The notes under the pieces: model-generated
Seen by the model: the letters and a program-made list of their open reading frames with translations, nothing else
The model's database searches: none
What the model was told of the DNA's origin: nothing
Shown here: piece after piece, positions 48,055 through 61,090 of the stretch
Numbering within the stretch: position 1 is the stretch's first letter
Layout of the letters: each line of letters begins with the position of its first letter
DNA from: Torpedo marmorata
Lineage: Eukaryota
DNA: 64,000 bases
Direction: 5' to 3'
Assembly (NCBI GenBank): GCA_977017645.1
Contig: OZ360228.1
Coordinates: 8,804,001-8,868,000, forward strand
Position numbers and translations under genes: made by a program

Positions 48055-48644
48055 GTGGGTTACGTTTTAACACACACTAGAATGCTCTCAAGAAAAGAGG
48101 GGCAGTGGTAGGCCATCTCAGTGCTACCTGCTCCCACGGATATGATGCTCAACTGTGACCTGTGCTCAATGTGGCATCCTCCAACTGTTTTGTCAACCTG
48201 AGGAGATAGCTTACTTTACCCGTTATCCAAGTTAAACTGGGCAGCACACAGACGAGTACAGTGAGGCATTGGTCTCCTCCACTACTATAAACCATATATA
48301 ACCATATAACAATTACAGCACAGAAACAGGCCAGTTCGGCCCTTCTGGTCCATGTCGAACACCTTCTCCTACCTAGTCCCACTGACCCGCACCCGGCCCA
48401 TAACCCTCCACACCTCTCTCGTCCATATACCTGTCCATCTTTTCCTTAAACATTCAAATTGAACCTGCATCTACCACTTTGGCCGGAAGCTCGATCAAGG
48501 TGTCTTGGGAGACTTCCCTTTAGGAGCGTGCCTGTTGGAGCCTGAACCTGAGATTCCTTCCCCTGCTCCGTTGGTCCTTCCAGGGAGTAATTTGCTGCAT
48601 TTGCGGAGCTATTTGTCTGACAGACTGGCAATGATATTGATTCA

Positions 48645-49366
48645 GATTTCAGATCCATTGTCAGAGTACATACATGACATCACATGTAACACTGAGATTA
48701 TTTTTCCTGTAGGCGAGGCAGAATTACCACTTATTGGTAGTGCAAAAAAACTGACTCAACGTACACATGTAAACAAATAAAGCAATGTAAACAAACTGAC
48801 TGTACAATACAGAGAGGAAAAAAAAACAATAAAGTGCAAAAGTAAGAATCCTTAAATGAGTCCCTGATTGAGTTTATTGTTGAGGAGTCTGATGGTGGAG
48901 GGGTAACAGCTGTTCCTGAACCTGGTGGTGTGAGTCTTGTAGCACCTATACCTCTTTCCTGATGGCAGCAGTGAGAACAGAGCTTGTGCTGGGTGGTGTG
49001 TATCCTTGATGATTGTTGCTGCTCTTCAACGGCAGCGTTCCCTGTAGATGTTCTCGATGGTGGGGAGTGTTTTACCTGTGCTGTCCTGGGCTGTGTCCAC
49101 TACCTTTTGCAGGGCTTTACGTTCGGGGGTATTGGTGTTCCCATACCAGACCGTGATGCAGCCAGTCAGCACACTTTTCACCACACATCTGTAGAAATTT
49201 GCCAGGGTTTCCGATGTCATACCAATCCTGAGGAAGTAGAGGCGCTGACGTGCTTTCTTCACGATGCCATTAGTGTGTTGGCTCCAGGAAAGATCCTCCG
49301 AGAGAGTGACTCCCAAGAACTTAAATTTGCTCACCCTCTCCACCTCTGATCCCCCCAATGATCACT
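48645..49366 (-). mobile_element. Rex1/Babar 3' fragment, same family as 19090-19694
   Basis: ORF GSEVERVSKFKFLGVTLSEDLSWSQH...LPTIENIYRERC; shared 3' UTR gtcagagtacatacatgacatcaca. Confidence 0.88.
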
Positions 49367-49913
49367 GAGAAAGCAAATGCAACATTTGTTCAGAAAATCA
49401 AAATTTTAAAGGGCTCAAACTTCCCAAAACCTATGGCTTGGGGTTTATCTGGAGGGTAAATCCCATTAAGTTTGGAACAGAATTCCGACCATCTCGAACC
49501 CACACGTTTGCACGTTCCTTTGTCTCCAGTTGCCCATGTCCCGTATTGCAAACAACAGTGTTGGGGGAGCTCAGCAGGTCACACAGCATCCATGGAAAGC
49601 AATCAGCTTTCAGTATACCAGAAAAGGGGCTCTGGCCCGAAATGTCGACTGCCCATTTGCAGCCCATGGATGCTGCATGACCTGCCCAGACTTCTTGTTT
49701 CCCTCCTTTATTGCAAAGTTATATTTTATGAATGAAGTCGACCTGTTGACCCTGCATTATCTTGAGGTGAATCCGGGGTTTCCTGCTCAAAGGTACATTC
49801 TGCACATAACCACATTGGCTGGGTGAGTGGGAATGTTGGGAGGGTTTTCTTATGCAGTTGTTGTACTGTCTGCACTCCGGGGAAGTCTCAGAGCCTTTTA
49901 TTCTCTCTTCCAG

Positions 49914-49960
49914 AGTCAGGATTTTGACATCTACACCCAGTACTGTACCAACTACCCCAA
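49914..49960 (+). CDS. PLEKHG3: PLEKHG3 exon, DH domain (SQDFDIYTQYCTNYPN)
   Basis: ttctctcttccag|AGT CAG GAT ... CCC AA|gtaagt; 47 nt, phase 0 to 2. Confidence 0.95.
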
Positions 49961-51863
49961 GTAAGTATATAACCCACTTGTTGGGCTAAGCACATGCTAG
50001 GGTTGTGTACAAGGGGTGGGGGGGGGGGGTCTTCAATACGTGATTAGTGGCTGTAATTATGTAAATAAAGGCAGGCAGTCACCAGAATCCACAATGGCTC
50101 ATTGTTTCCGACCCAACAGGTCCATGATGTTGGTGGTGTCCATTGAGTTGACTTTGAATGTCATTGGTTGGATTTCTAGTTCTGTCAGAGAACATAAAAC
50201 CTAAAAGTAGTGCAACACAGATACAAATCCCCTTGGCCCACCACTTCTGTGCTGAAAGAAATAACAAATTAAGCAAATCTCTTCTGCCCACACATGTTTC
50301 ATATCCCTCCACACGCATGCCTATTTATGTGTCTATGCAAAAGCCTCTTCACTGCTACTATTGTATCTCCTTCCACCACTACCCCTGGCAGCCTGATCCA
50401 GGCACCTTGCACTCTATGTATAAAACTTGTCTTGCGCATCTTATGTAAAATTTCTCCCTCTTACCTTAAGTGCATTTCCTCCAGCATTTGACATTTTTAT
50501 ACTGAGAAAAAGATTCTGACTAATGACTCTATCTATGTATCTCATAGTCCTATAAACCTCTGTCAGGTCTCCCCTCTGCTCCAGCGAAAACAACCCAAGT
50601 GTGTCCTTGTTCATGGGTTCAAGTTCTTACTTCAGATATTAGAACATCTAATGTAGGTTGCCTTTTCCTGTGCAGCAACACAGTAACAGAGAAAGGTTAT
50701 GTGGCTGTAGTGATGTCAGGCGTGGGAGAGTTTGGTTTTGTTGAAAGAAATAGGAGCGGGAGTCGGCCATCTAGCCTGTTGAGCCTCCTCCGCCTTTAAA
50801 TAAGGTCAAGGCTGATCTGGCTTCTGTAAAACCTGCCTTTTCCCCAGAAACTGTCATTCCCCCACAGTGGAAAAGATGCTGTGGGATTATTTTTATTCCA
50901 AAATAAAATTATCTGTTGTATTATTCATATTGAAATAGATGACATGTCTAATGCACTCATTGGTTGTGAAGTGTGTTCACACAGCTTGAAGTTATTGAGG
51001 GCACTATATTAATCAAAGATTTTTCTTCGACAAAAATTAAAGAATTTCATGTATGTTACATTCTAAATGTAGTATTACGTGACAATAAACTTTACCTTTT
51101 TACATTAAAGCCGAAGTATTCATCGGTGCGCTGTTGTTTATTTCATTGCCATGTCAATCTTTAAAATTATAAGGGGCAAATAGGAAGAAATTGTTTTCAG
51201 CTGGCAGGAAGGCCAGTGTCCAAAGAAAATGATTTAAGACAATATGCAAAAGAACCAGAGTCAAATTGAGATTAATATTTTAAAGTGGCAAGTTGATTTG
51301 GAAGACACTCTCTGAATGATTGCAGATGGAGAAAGGCAGTTTGGTCCATCATAAAAGCTCAATGTAAAAGCAGTCCAGCTTGTACAACTCTCTGTCCTCA
51401 CCCCTTGCTCTGTACACTCTGTCTTCTCCCTAGAAGGGAGGTGGATATTCAGTAGGGTAAACTCTGATGATTAAGCTCCTATGTTAGTGATCAAATGCAC
51501 ACATTGCTAATTTGAAAAGGGGAAACATCATGACAGCTTCTTTGCCTATATGTTAAAAAGAAGCACAGAGTGGGAATTATAAATTGAATAATAACCTAAC
51601 TCTCCAAGCAGTAACTTTCAAAGGGAAACTGGTTAAGTGTTTAAGAATGTGCCAGAGAGAAAAGTAGACTTGGAACCTATTGGTTAGCTCCAAAATAAAC
51701 CAGCAATGCACGATGGGCTGAGTGGCACCATTTTAACGGTGCGACTCCCACTGAATTTCACGTGCCTACTTCACTGATTTGGCTATCTTCCTCCCACGGT
51801 TGTTTCGTCATTTCCCTCCTCACACCGAGTAAGTTTCCCTCTTCACCCTTGTGTTTCCTGCAG

Positions 51864-52014
51864 CTCGGTGGCGGCCCTGACCGAGTGCATGAGGAACAAG
51901 GTCCTGGCCAAGTTCTTCAGGGAGCGCCAGTCGACACTGAAGCGCTATCTGCCACTGGGCTCCTACTTGCTGAAGCCAGTTCAGAGGATCCTCAAGTACC
52001 ACCTCCTGCTGCAG
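51864..52014 (+). CDS. PLEKHG3: PLEKHG3 exon, DH domain ([12 protein letters not shown]...[22 protein letters not shown])
   Basis: gtttcctgcag|C TCG GTG ... CTG CAG|gtaagc; 151 nt; canonical DH motif [15 protein letters not shown]. Confidence 0.97.
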
Positions 52015-52299
52015 GTAAGCAGGAGAAAGGGCCAGACACGATTGCTGACCCATGTTTGAATCCGCCCAGGGAATCAACTCGTGAACACTGCCACCACAAA
52101 GAACAAGGGGCTTGGGGCGCAGGTAACACCGGCTCATCATAGAAATGTATCGGTGGGTCCAGATCCCTCCCCAACAGCACTGTGGGAGTTCCTTGACCAG
52201 GGGACTGTGGTGGTTCAAAGGAGGTAGCTCTTCTCTTTGTTTCTGTTTTTGGTTTCAAGTTTGCGTCAGGACAAAACATTTTGTCACTTTCATTCCAAG

Positions 52300-52465
52300 G
52301 ATCATTCTTGTGAGCCTCCTCTTGACCCTCTCTAATGCCATCACACCCTTCCTCAGACAAGAAGACCAAAACTGCTCACAATACTCTAAGTCCAGTCTGA
52401 CCAAAGCCTTGTAAAGCTTCAATGTTACATCCCTGCTTTTATATTCTATCCCTCTGGATATGAGC
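52300..52465 (-). mobile_element. CR1 LINE fragment
   Basis: ISRGIEYKSRDVTLKLYKALVRLDLEYCEQFWSS...ALERVKRRLTRMI. Confidence 0.8.
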
Positions 52466-54371
52466 AAAGAACAGTGACAGCAAGAGGTGCTTGCCGTTCC
52501 TCACCCAGATTGTTCTGCCAACGCCTCCTCAGCCCAAGGCCACATGGAGCCACCACCACCTGCAGGTTCCCCTCACCGTCCCGGGAATTGGGTCGTTGTT
52601 CCTTTATCTCTGCCTGATCTGGATTGTGGAACTCCCAACCCAACAATGCTAGAAAGACTTCAAGAACGTGCTCACCACCACATTTTCCAAGGCCAATTAG
52701 AGGTGGGCAACAAATGCTGGGATGCTAGTGACGCCTTTCCTTCTGAATTATTTTCTTTTTTTAAAACCCACGCTAACATTGCTAACAGTGTAATGATGTA
52801 GGGTTGCACTGACAGAGGTGCTGTTTTACAGAAAGTATATTAAAACCTGCACAACGTGCCCCCTGGGGTGGATCTACAAATTCCAAAAGGCTGTTGGAGA
52901 GGAGGGGGGTAAACCTCACCACTGTCGTGGGCAATAATTAAATCTCTGCCGTGATCATGACAACATATTATGATGTTGCTTTTTTTGTGAGAGCTTCCTG
53001 GGCAATTAATTATCTGTTGTATTGTTCATATTGAAATGGATGACATGTTTAAAGTACTCATTGGCTGTGAAATGTGTTCACAAAGCTTGAAGTTATTGAA
53101 GGCACTATATTAATCAAAGTTTTATCTTCCCCCTGAAAATATCAAAGCCGAAAAATTCATTGGTGCACTGTCATTCATTTCATTGCCATGTGATTGAATG
53201 TTTACCCATAACGGAGTGAGAACAACCATTTCCGGTTTGTTTTGTATCACCCCAGAATCTCCAACAGAACGTTCTCCAGCATGAACTGCCCATCTGCGAC
53301 TAAGAAAATGTAAACCACTCATCGAGTGATGCAATTTCCCATGCAATTGACCTTTGAGATTTACTTAGGAAATTGATTCACATTTGTCCCAGACTACATA
53401 CAGTTGGCCAGTCATGTTTAGAGAGCAGGGCACTGGACTGGGACCTTGCATGAGTAAATGCTGCAATCATCAGGCTCCCCTTTCCCTCATGCTTCTGACT
53501 CCCACCAATTGTGCAGCTCTCTGGTATTTCATATCCACGAAAGGAAGAGAAAAATTATGCCGGCAAGTTGTGACACGTCGACGACTCTTGTCGTCATCGC
53601 GAACACAACAGTGCCCCGATGTCCAAGACCCCACAAGGCGCTTATCCTCCATTCCCTCCAATAGAGGTCCCAACCTTCCATTTGCCCAACCTCTCCCCTC
53701 TCTCACCACATTTCTTCCACTCAGATGGCCCTGATCCTCCAATTGCCCTGATACAGGCCCTGAATGTGAACAGATTGTGCTAAGATGGGATAACAGAGCC
53801 GATTCATGATTCGCGTTTAAGAGAATTTTCTCGGTTAGAATATTTTCCCAGCAATGCTAGAAGTGAAATGCATCGTTTGGAAGATGTCACAGATAATGAG
53901 TATCCCGAGCCATAATGATGCTTGAATTATACGGTTTAGGTTATATGCGGAGCAACCTGGAATGACAATATTTGAGTGCTTCTTCAGCGATTCAGGGTAA
54001 TTGGCATGGTGTAGGTGTGTCCCTGGGTCTACAGCATAGGCATGCCCATGGAGGTATGGTATAGAGGTTACTATGAGGGTGCAGTGTGGGTGTGCCTGCA
54101 AGTGAGGGAGGTTGTTGAGGCACAGGAGAGCAACCAGAACTAGAGCTTCCTGAAGGGCAGAAGTGGACGAGGTTGAAAAGGGAGCGTCCACGTAATGGGT
54201 ATCAGTATGCAAATAAATAAATAGATAAATAGAAACCCATAAATAAATAGAACCGCATGGAGTGTAACGATTGAGGAGGGAAAGCTGTTGAGAAGAAAGG
54301 AGAGGAGCCAGTGTTCTAATCGAGTGGTAGAGCAGGTTTGATTGGCTGCCTTCTGACATTCCTATCTGCAG

Positions 54372-54503
54372 GAAATAGCGAAGCACTTTGATGTCAACCA
54401 GGAGGGCTACGAGGTGATTGATGAAGCTATTGACACTATGACGGGGGTGGCGTGGTACATCAACGACATGAAGAGGAAGCACGAGCACGCTATCCGCCTG
54501 CAG
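54372..54503 (+). CDS. PLEKHG3: PLEKHG3 exon, end of DH domain ([44 protein letters not shown])
   Basis: cctatctgcag|GAA ATA ... CTG CAG|gtatgc; 132 nt, phase 0-0. Confidence 0.96.
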
Positions 54504-54728
54504 GTATGCAAACATGCTCTCTTCACTGAACTGCTCCCTCTCGCAGGCCAGCGTACACACAGCAACACTCTCACTTTGGCTCCTCCATTTCCTATCTCCC
54601 ACAGTTTTGTTCCTCGCCCTCCCACACGCATGCATGCCAGGTGGAGCCCCAGTGGGGTTTTGGGTTATGTGGGATACATTCGTTCTGTGCTGAGATGACG
54701 AAGCTGATCTTTCATGTTGCCTTCCCAG

Positions 54729-54911
54729 GAAGTACAGAGCTTGCTGATACATTGGAACGGGCCCGATCTGACGACGTACGGAGAGCTTGTCCTGGAAGGA
54801 ACCTTTCGGATTCACCGAGCCAAAAATGAACGCACTTTATTCCTTTTTGACAAGGTCTTGCTACTGGCCAAGAAAAGAGGCGAACACTTCATTTACAAGA
54901 CTCACATCATG
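54729..54911 (+). CDS. PLEKHG3: PLEKHG3 exon, PH domain start ([27 protein letters not shown]...HFIYKTHIM)
   Basis: cttcccag|GAA GTA ... ATC ATG|gtatct; 183 nt, phase 0-0. Confidence 0.96.
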
Positions 54912-55480
54912 GTATCTCCTACATCCAGCTGTTTACAAATCAGCAAATAGGATTAAATGCACAGAGGTCTGTCGATGGGTAGCCACCTGGGAGGGAGTTA
55001 TGGACTGGAATCTAATTGAGGTGTCTGGATGATTTGCGTGTATAATCATAAATACGCAGAGGTGAGGTGGTGGCTAGAACCTAATCGAGAAGTTCAGGTT
55101 ATTTCGAGAGCTGTTTTAGGCTAGAATCTGATCAAGGGGTTCAGATGGTTTGTATGTAACGTTAAAGAGAGTTACCAGCTGGAAGCGAATCTCACTGTTG
55201 ATATAATGAAGTGATGGATACTCAGGAAGCCTGCAGAGAGACACTTGTTGCTAGTGCTGTAGGTGCCTGCCAGAAATCTCAGGGTTATCCCCTGTGAAAA
55301 CCAGAGAGGATCATTAAGGTTAATGGCTGCTGGCCCCATCAGGAGCTGATGAGAGTAGATGTTGTGGTTGTCATTTTGCTCATTGTGGGGGGGGGGGGGG
55401 TGAGCTCAGGTCGGTTTAAGAAAGGAAGTAAAACGTCAAGCTTGGATAGCAATGGATTTGTTTTCTCCTCTCTCTGACAG

Positions 55481-55573
55481 TGCTCTGCATTAATGCTCAT
55501 TGAAAGCACAAGAGACTCTTTGTGCTTCGGACTGTCCCATTACAAGAACCCAAAGCAGCAACACACTGTCCAG
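55481..55573 (+). CDS. PLEKHG3: PLEKHG3 exon, PH domain (CSALMLIESTRDSLCFGLSHYKNPKQQHTVQ)
   Basis: ctctctgacag|TGC ... GTC CAG|gtatgg; 93 nt; LMLIESTRDSLCF fits recalled PLEKHG3 rather than PLEKHG1. Confidence 0.96.
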
Positions 55574-56562
55574 GTATGGAGACATTGGTTCAAAGAACAC
55601 TGCTACCACGTGGAGCCTCTTCTACTCCCTGACTCTAATATCATTGTCCATCTTAACCTCCCCGTGCCCTCAACACTTTATATCCAGAAATGGTCGAGTG
55701 TTTGACTGGTGCCTTGTTAAGGTGCTTAACTATTTTTCTTCTTTTCCTCAATGTCACCGCACTATTGGCATTACAAACACGAGGGCAGAATTTTTTTTCC
55801 CTCAAGTGTTGGTAGGTCTGTGAGAAAACCTGGCCTGAAAACAACAATGAAAGCTTTGTGCTGTCAATGCCAAGATTGCAGGTTGTATAAGCTGAGAGGA
55901 AGGTTTTATAGTTTTTAAATGCCACTGACACTCAGACATTTAAAGATTAAAAGATCAAATAAGTAATTAAAACATTTCAAAACACATATCTAAACGCATA
56001 TGAATAATTCCAACATTAAATGACCAAAATAAATTTTGAGAGAGGTCGCTACCTTCCCCTTGTCCTGAAAACTGTGAACTTGCAGTTTCTTCGCAATGGG
56101 TGGGATCTCGATCATATACCAGCCCTATCCATCATTTGCCCCAGACTGACAGCGAGGGAGTGTCAGCAGGTTGCAGTAGTGCCTGGGATTCAACAAGGAC
56201 TCCAGAGAGAGTGAGCGTGTCGACACTCGCGTGAAAAGTTTGGGACTTGCATATGTGATGATGCACATGTGGCAGTTCTGCCCTTCCATAGTGTTGTACT
56301 GCCATACAGCACTGAAATGGCTCATCACATCAGTGCTGCCCGTTGTATCCATCCACACCAATCCCATTTACCTGCATTATGCCCGTAGCCTTGGCAACTG
56401 AAATACTTGTCTAGATGCTCCTCAAATGTTGTGAGTCTATCTGCCTCAATCACCTCAGGAAGCAAATTCCAGACCTCAAACTCCTGTGTGAAAATATTTC
56501 CTATCTAAACCTCTCAACCCTCACTTCAAACATATGCCCTCTTGTTTTAGACATCCCCACCA

Positions 56563-57276
56563 TACAAAAAAACCCCTGGTATCCAGAACCAATGGGGATT
56601 TGTATATGCCGGGTAAGTATATTTTCCGGTTGCTTGAGACTTACTTTTACAATGCATAACTAATACACCTGCATTACGAATAAACAGTTTAAAAGACAAA
56701 TATACTATATGGTACTTACACTGAACAAACTTCACTTGCATGAATATATAAACCTTAAAGCATTTTACTTTATTTTCAGTCACATTATTTGAAAACATTT
56801 AACCGTCGCTGCATCTGCAGGTTCCTCCCCCTCCACGGAGCCACCTGAAAGATGAACAATAACATTATAGATAATTAACCCTCCCCTCCCCCAAGTTTAC
56901 AGATAAAGCCTCTAACCGGGGTGACTCTTATTAAGCAGGGATAAGGAGACACTTTAAGAGAGTCACCCCAATGGCGAGCAGCATCAACCAGCTCTTCATC
57001 CTGTGCGACACCATTGCTGTTTCACACAAATTTATTCAAACAGCTGCTCCAAGCAAAGCACGACCAAGGCACTCCGCTGGCTGAATATTCTTCACCAAAG
57101 GTTTATGTGTTACTTCAGAGAACATTTACTTTTACAATTTTAAACTTGCGTATTTTTTATCTATTATTTTATTCTTGTTTATTTTAATTTTTTAAAATTT
57201 ATTTTCCTTGGTTTTTTTTTGCCAGTTGCTTGAGGCTGCTGGATGCTTGAATTCCAGATGCCAGGGGTTTTAAGTG
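56563..57276. mobile_element. Tc1/mariner (Tigger/pogo-like) MITE
   Basis: TIR aaaacccctggtatccagaa versus reverse complement of ttccagatgccaggggtttt (17/20); subterminal repeats of ccggttgcttgag; no transposase ORF. Confidence 0.7.
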
Positions 57277-57986
57277 CTGGCATTTTCCAGGGAGATTTGG
57301 ACTGTTGTTTTCTGTGCAGTGGAGGAATCACTGCAAGAATGCATCTGGGTACGAGTCCAAAGAAATATATAGACTGCATTAGATGCTCCTGCACACTATA
57401 CCTCAGCAGTTCAGTGAAAGGAGGAGAAAAGAATTTGCATTTACAGCACTTTAAACCACCACAGGGCCATTGAAAATGGCTTACAGACCACTGCAGGGTC
57501 TCTTTTGTAAAGCTGGAAAGACAACATTCAATTTGAACACACTAAGCTCCACAAAGCAATGACAACATTTCGAAACAATCCATTCTGAGAATGAAGCATT
57601 GATCAGAATGCCACAGAATGTCCCAAATCTTCAAGATCGTGTCTTAAGATTTTTTTTGCATTCACCAGCGAGGGCATGCAGGGTCTATTTATAATATTTC
57701 AAATGGAGCCTCTGATAGTGCAACACCCTTCAATCTTGTACAAAGTGACATCTGTACTTTGTGCTGAAGTCTGAGTGAGATTTGAATACAAAACCTACCT
57801 TCTCAGTAACCTTGATAATTGGTTGTCGTTGGTTTATAACTGCCTACTAAATTTACCTGAGCAATTGATGTCGACACTTCATAAAGAAACATTTCAATAA
57901 GCCCAGTTTTGGAAGGTTCCTGCAGCACTTCCAATGTCTCAGTGTCTCTCTGTATCTAGTAACCATGGCACTCTTGTCTTCCACAG

Positions 57987-58073
57987 GCAAAGACAGTAGA
58001 AGAGAAGCGTCTCTGGACTCATCACATAAAGAGGCTGATTCTTGAGAATCACCATGCCATCATTCCCCAGAAG
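57987..58073 (+). CDS. PLEKHG3: PLEKHG3 exon, PH domain end (AKTVEEKRLWTHHIKRLILENHHAIIPQK)
   Basis: tcttccacag|GCA AAG ... CAG AAG|gtgagc; 87 nt; contains the PH C-terminal helix Trp. Confidence 0.96.
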
Positions 58074-58817
58074 GTGAGCTCTGTGTTGAAACATAATGGG
58101 CTGTGCAACACAGTACTTAACATCAAGTTCACCATGATTTTACAGGGAAGCATAATATTCCAAGATAGTCAGTGGCAGAATTCTAATGCAAGAACCACAC
58201 TTTGTAATCCAGGGTAATTTCAGACCACTATGGTGGAAGGCTTTGGTGGAGTTGCCAACCACTTGTTTTTTTTCTGCTCTGGGATCTTAATGGGTGCCTT
58301 CAGGTGGAATGTCTCTCCAATGGAGGCTGGATACTGGATGCAATGGATAACAAATCAGTTGTTTTATCTGCATGTCATTGGTAGTGAGTACCACTCATCT
58401 CATCTGATTGAACCGAACCAGCCCAATCATGGCCAAACCAGCCAAAGCAAAGGCAACCCAGTCAATCAACCCAATGAATTGTTCTCCATGTCACTGACAC
58501 CAGTTTGAAATAATGCCTCGTGCACAACTCTGCTGTGTCTTACCTCCCTGTCCAGTTCCCTCCTACGGTCTTCCCACACCCCAGGACTTGCTGGTGCTGA
58601 ACGTTCAACTGCATACCCCTTGAGATTCTGACTGTCCAAATTGATGAGGAGGGATGGTTGGTTTGAGTGTGTTTATTTAATGCAGGGCATGGCATATTAT
58701 CCTGGATGCCAGCTCTCCTAGGGAAGTTTGCTGGTTGACTAGAATTGTATCTATGCCAATACATATTTCCCCCCCACCCCCCGGTATAAAGTGACTTAAT
58801 CTTTTGTTTCCTTTCAG

Positions 58818-58851
58818 GCAAAAGAAGCCATCTTGGAAATGGATTCCTATT
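58818..58851 (+). CDS. PLEKHG3: PLEKHG3 small exon (AKEAILEMDSY)
   Basis: tttcctttcag|GCA AAA GAA ... TAT T|gtaagt; 34 nt, phase 0 to 1. Confidence 0.94.
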
Positions 58852-59842
58852 GTAAGTATAAACTAATAAATTGCCTTAAAACATCAGGTTGAATTTGTAA
58901 ATCTAAAATTTCTTTCCTGAACAATAAAAATTGGGTAGGTCTTGAATGATTTCACTATCTCTCGGGATTGAGGAATGAATCATGAGGGTATAGCGAGATC
59001 CTACAGCCCGTTATATCTGTGCCAACCATCGAGTCCCTATTTATATTAATCCCATTTACTGGGATTTCGTCTATAGCCTTTTATGCCTTGGTGATTCAAG
59101 TGCATGTCGAAATACTTAAATGGCCTGTCTTGCTCCTTCAACCCCTCGGCAATGAATCTTGAGTAAGTCTTAGGTGCAGCTCCTCTGTGTGTTAGTCAGG
59201 GTCTCCTTTCAGAATGTCTTGACCAATATTTGGTGCCACGTGGTTCTGTTCTATTCAAAGTGATCATAAGGAAACCAGGAGTGTGCAATAGAATGTTGCA
59301 GGGGGATTGGAAGAGTGATTGGCTATGTGTGGGTTGGGGAGTGGAAGAGAAAGGAAATGTTATTGCATGCTTGGCCTGGGACTCAGTGCATTCCAGGGTC
59401 GACCTGGGTTGATGGAGGAGTCAAGTTCTTGGAGGAAGCTGGATAGGAGAGGTTGAGAGCCGAATGCAGGCAAACGGGACCAGCTCGGTCAGCATGGACA
59501 AGTTGGGCCGAAGGGCTTGTCTCTGTGCTGTCAAACCATGTGACTCTGACTTCAAGCTGTGTTTTGAATGGATGTGGTTTGTCAATGCAGGGAGTCCACA
59601 CAGCAGATGTCAAAGTGTGTTCCCATACCCACTAACGATGGGCCACTCCCAAGTCAATCCAGATTCCAAAAACCTGGCTCCTCCACCAACCCACATAGGC
59701 TCTGAAGGATGATCCTCATGTGAGCATGTTACTTGCAAGAAGGGACTAGGCAATGTTATCACAAAAGCTGTTTCACCTGCTCCAGACCAATAAGGCCAAG
59801 GAACTATGTCCTTGAAGGTGTGTATGCTCAAAAAAACCCACA

Positions 59843-59936
59843 ATGGACATGACATTTCAGTGAGTGAGTGACCAATCAGTGGATCAAGATGGACATGACA
59901 TTTCAGTGAGTGAGTGACCAATCAGTGGATCAAGAT
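59843..59936. repeat. Perfect 46-bp tandem duplication
   Basis: atggacatgacatttcagtgagtgagtgaccaatcagtggatcaag x2. Confidence 0.95.
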
Positions 59937-60305
59937 CCTTGGAGAAATTTGTTAATTCATTCAATTATAAACTGGATTGATTCCTTTGAAGATTTTAAAA
60001 TTTTGTGATGCAGTTTACGTAAGCCTGGTGGGAAGTGTGGAGTTTGAACCCACATTCCATCCCAAAACACCTTTACCTGTTTCATATCCGGTTCTATTAT
60101 AGACTGATTTCTAGAGATTAATTAATTGCTTAACAGCTCCATAATCATTCAAATTTGCCATGCCAATAGTGTATAATCTTTACTCTTCCTTCCAGTGATG
60201 TGTGCAGAAATCTTGATAGTTCTGCTCGATCTCTTTTGTGTATCTTGGCGATGACCCTGGAGGCTGACAGGTGATTAACTGCTCTTCCTGCTGTGTTCCT
60301 TCTAG

Positions 60306-60401
60306 ATCCTTCCAAATACCGATACAGTCCAGAGCGATCAAAAAAGTCTATGTCTACCCAAGAGGAATTGATGAGCTGTCATAAGGGTCGCAGGCAGTCT
60401 G
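60306..60401 (+). CDS. PLEKHG3: PLEKHG3 exon (YPSKYRYSPERSKKSMSTQEELMSCHKGRRQS)
   Basis: gttccttctag|AT CCT ... TCT G|gtaagg; 96 nt, phase 1-1; SPER and GRRQS as in recalled PLEKHG3. Confidence 0.92.
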
Positions 60402-61090
60402 GTAAGGTCAGGTCTGGGGGCAGGCAAGCAAGAGGGGGAGAAATGGTGCAAGAACAGAATACGGTGTCAAGGTGGAAGATCAGCCAAGATCGCATTGAAT
60501 GGCAGGTTCAAAGGGCCAAGCACCTCTATTTTCCTGACGTTTGAGCCTGGGACAGTGGACCCTGGACAGGTGGAGAAAATCCAATCCAGGTGCTTGATCT
60601 GCTATCATCCTGAAACCTTGTTACCTTTGCAGAGGTTGTCTCGGACAGTGGCAGACTACCTGCTCTTCCCTCTGGGAACTCTCTCACCACCTCAAAAGGA
60701 GCCCTGCTGTGAACCTTGCAGGGTGCTGTAACACAAAGGGACGCTGTCTATTCCTTTCCTGCTGAAATGCAGTGTTACATATGAGACACAGCTCAAGGAA
60801 TATACAGCATGTTCATAGAACATCAAACATAACATCACAGTACAGGCCCTTTGGCTCACGATATTGTGCCGACCCTAACCCTTCACTTCCTCACATCCAT
60901 AACTCACTATTTTACTTGCACCCCATGTGCCTATCTAAGAGTCTTTTGAATGTCCATATTGTGCCAGCTTCCACTACCTGGCAATGGATTCTGAGCACCC
61001 ACCATTCTCTATGTTTAAAAAAAAACTTGTCTCTGACATTTTTTTGGGGGGTAGGTACAGTATATATTACATACTATACAATAGTATGCT

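Noticed and set aside
53835-54815. 326-aa minus-strand ORF
   Set aside because: Antisense shadow of two PLEKHG3 exons and intron, with no recognisable domain.
54985-55195. Loosely repeated ggctagaatctaatcgag-like motif
   Set aside because: It looks like a decayed satellite remnant, too degenerate to define a unit or function.
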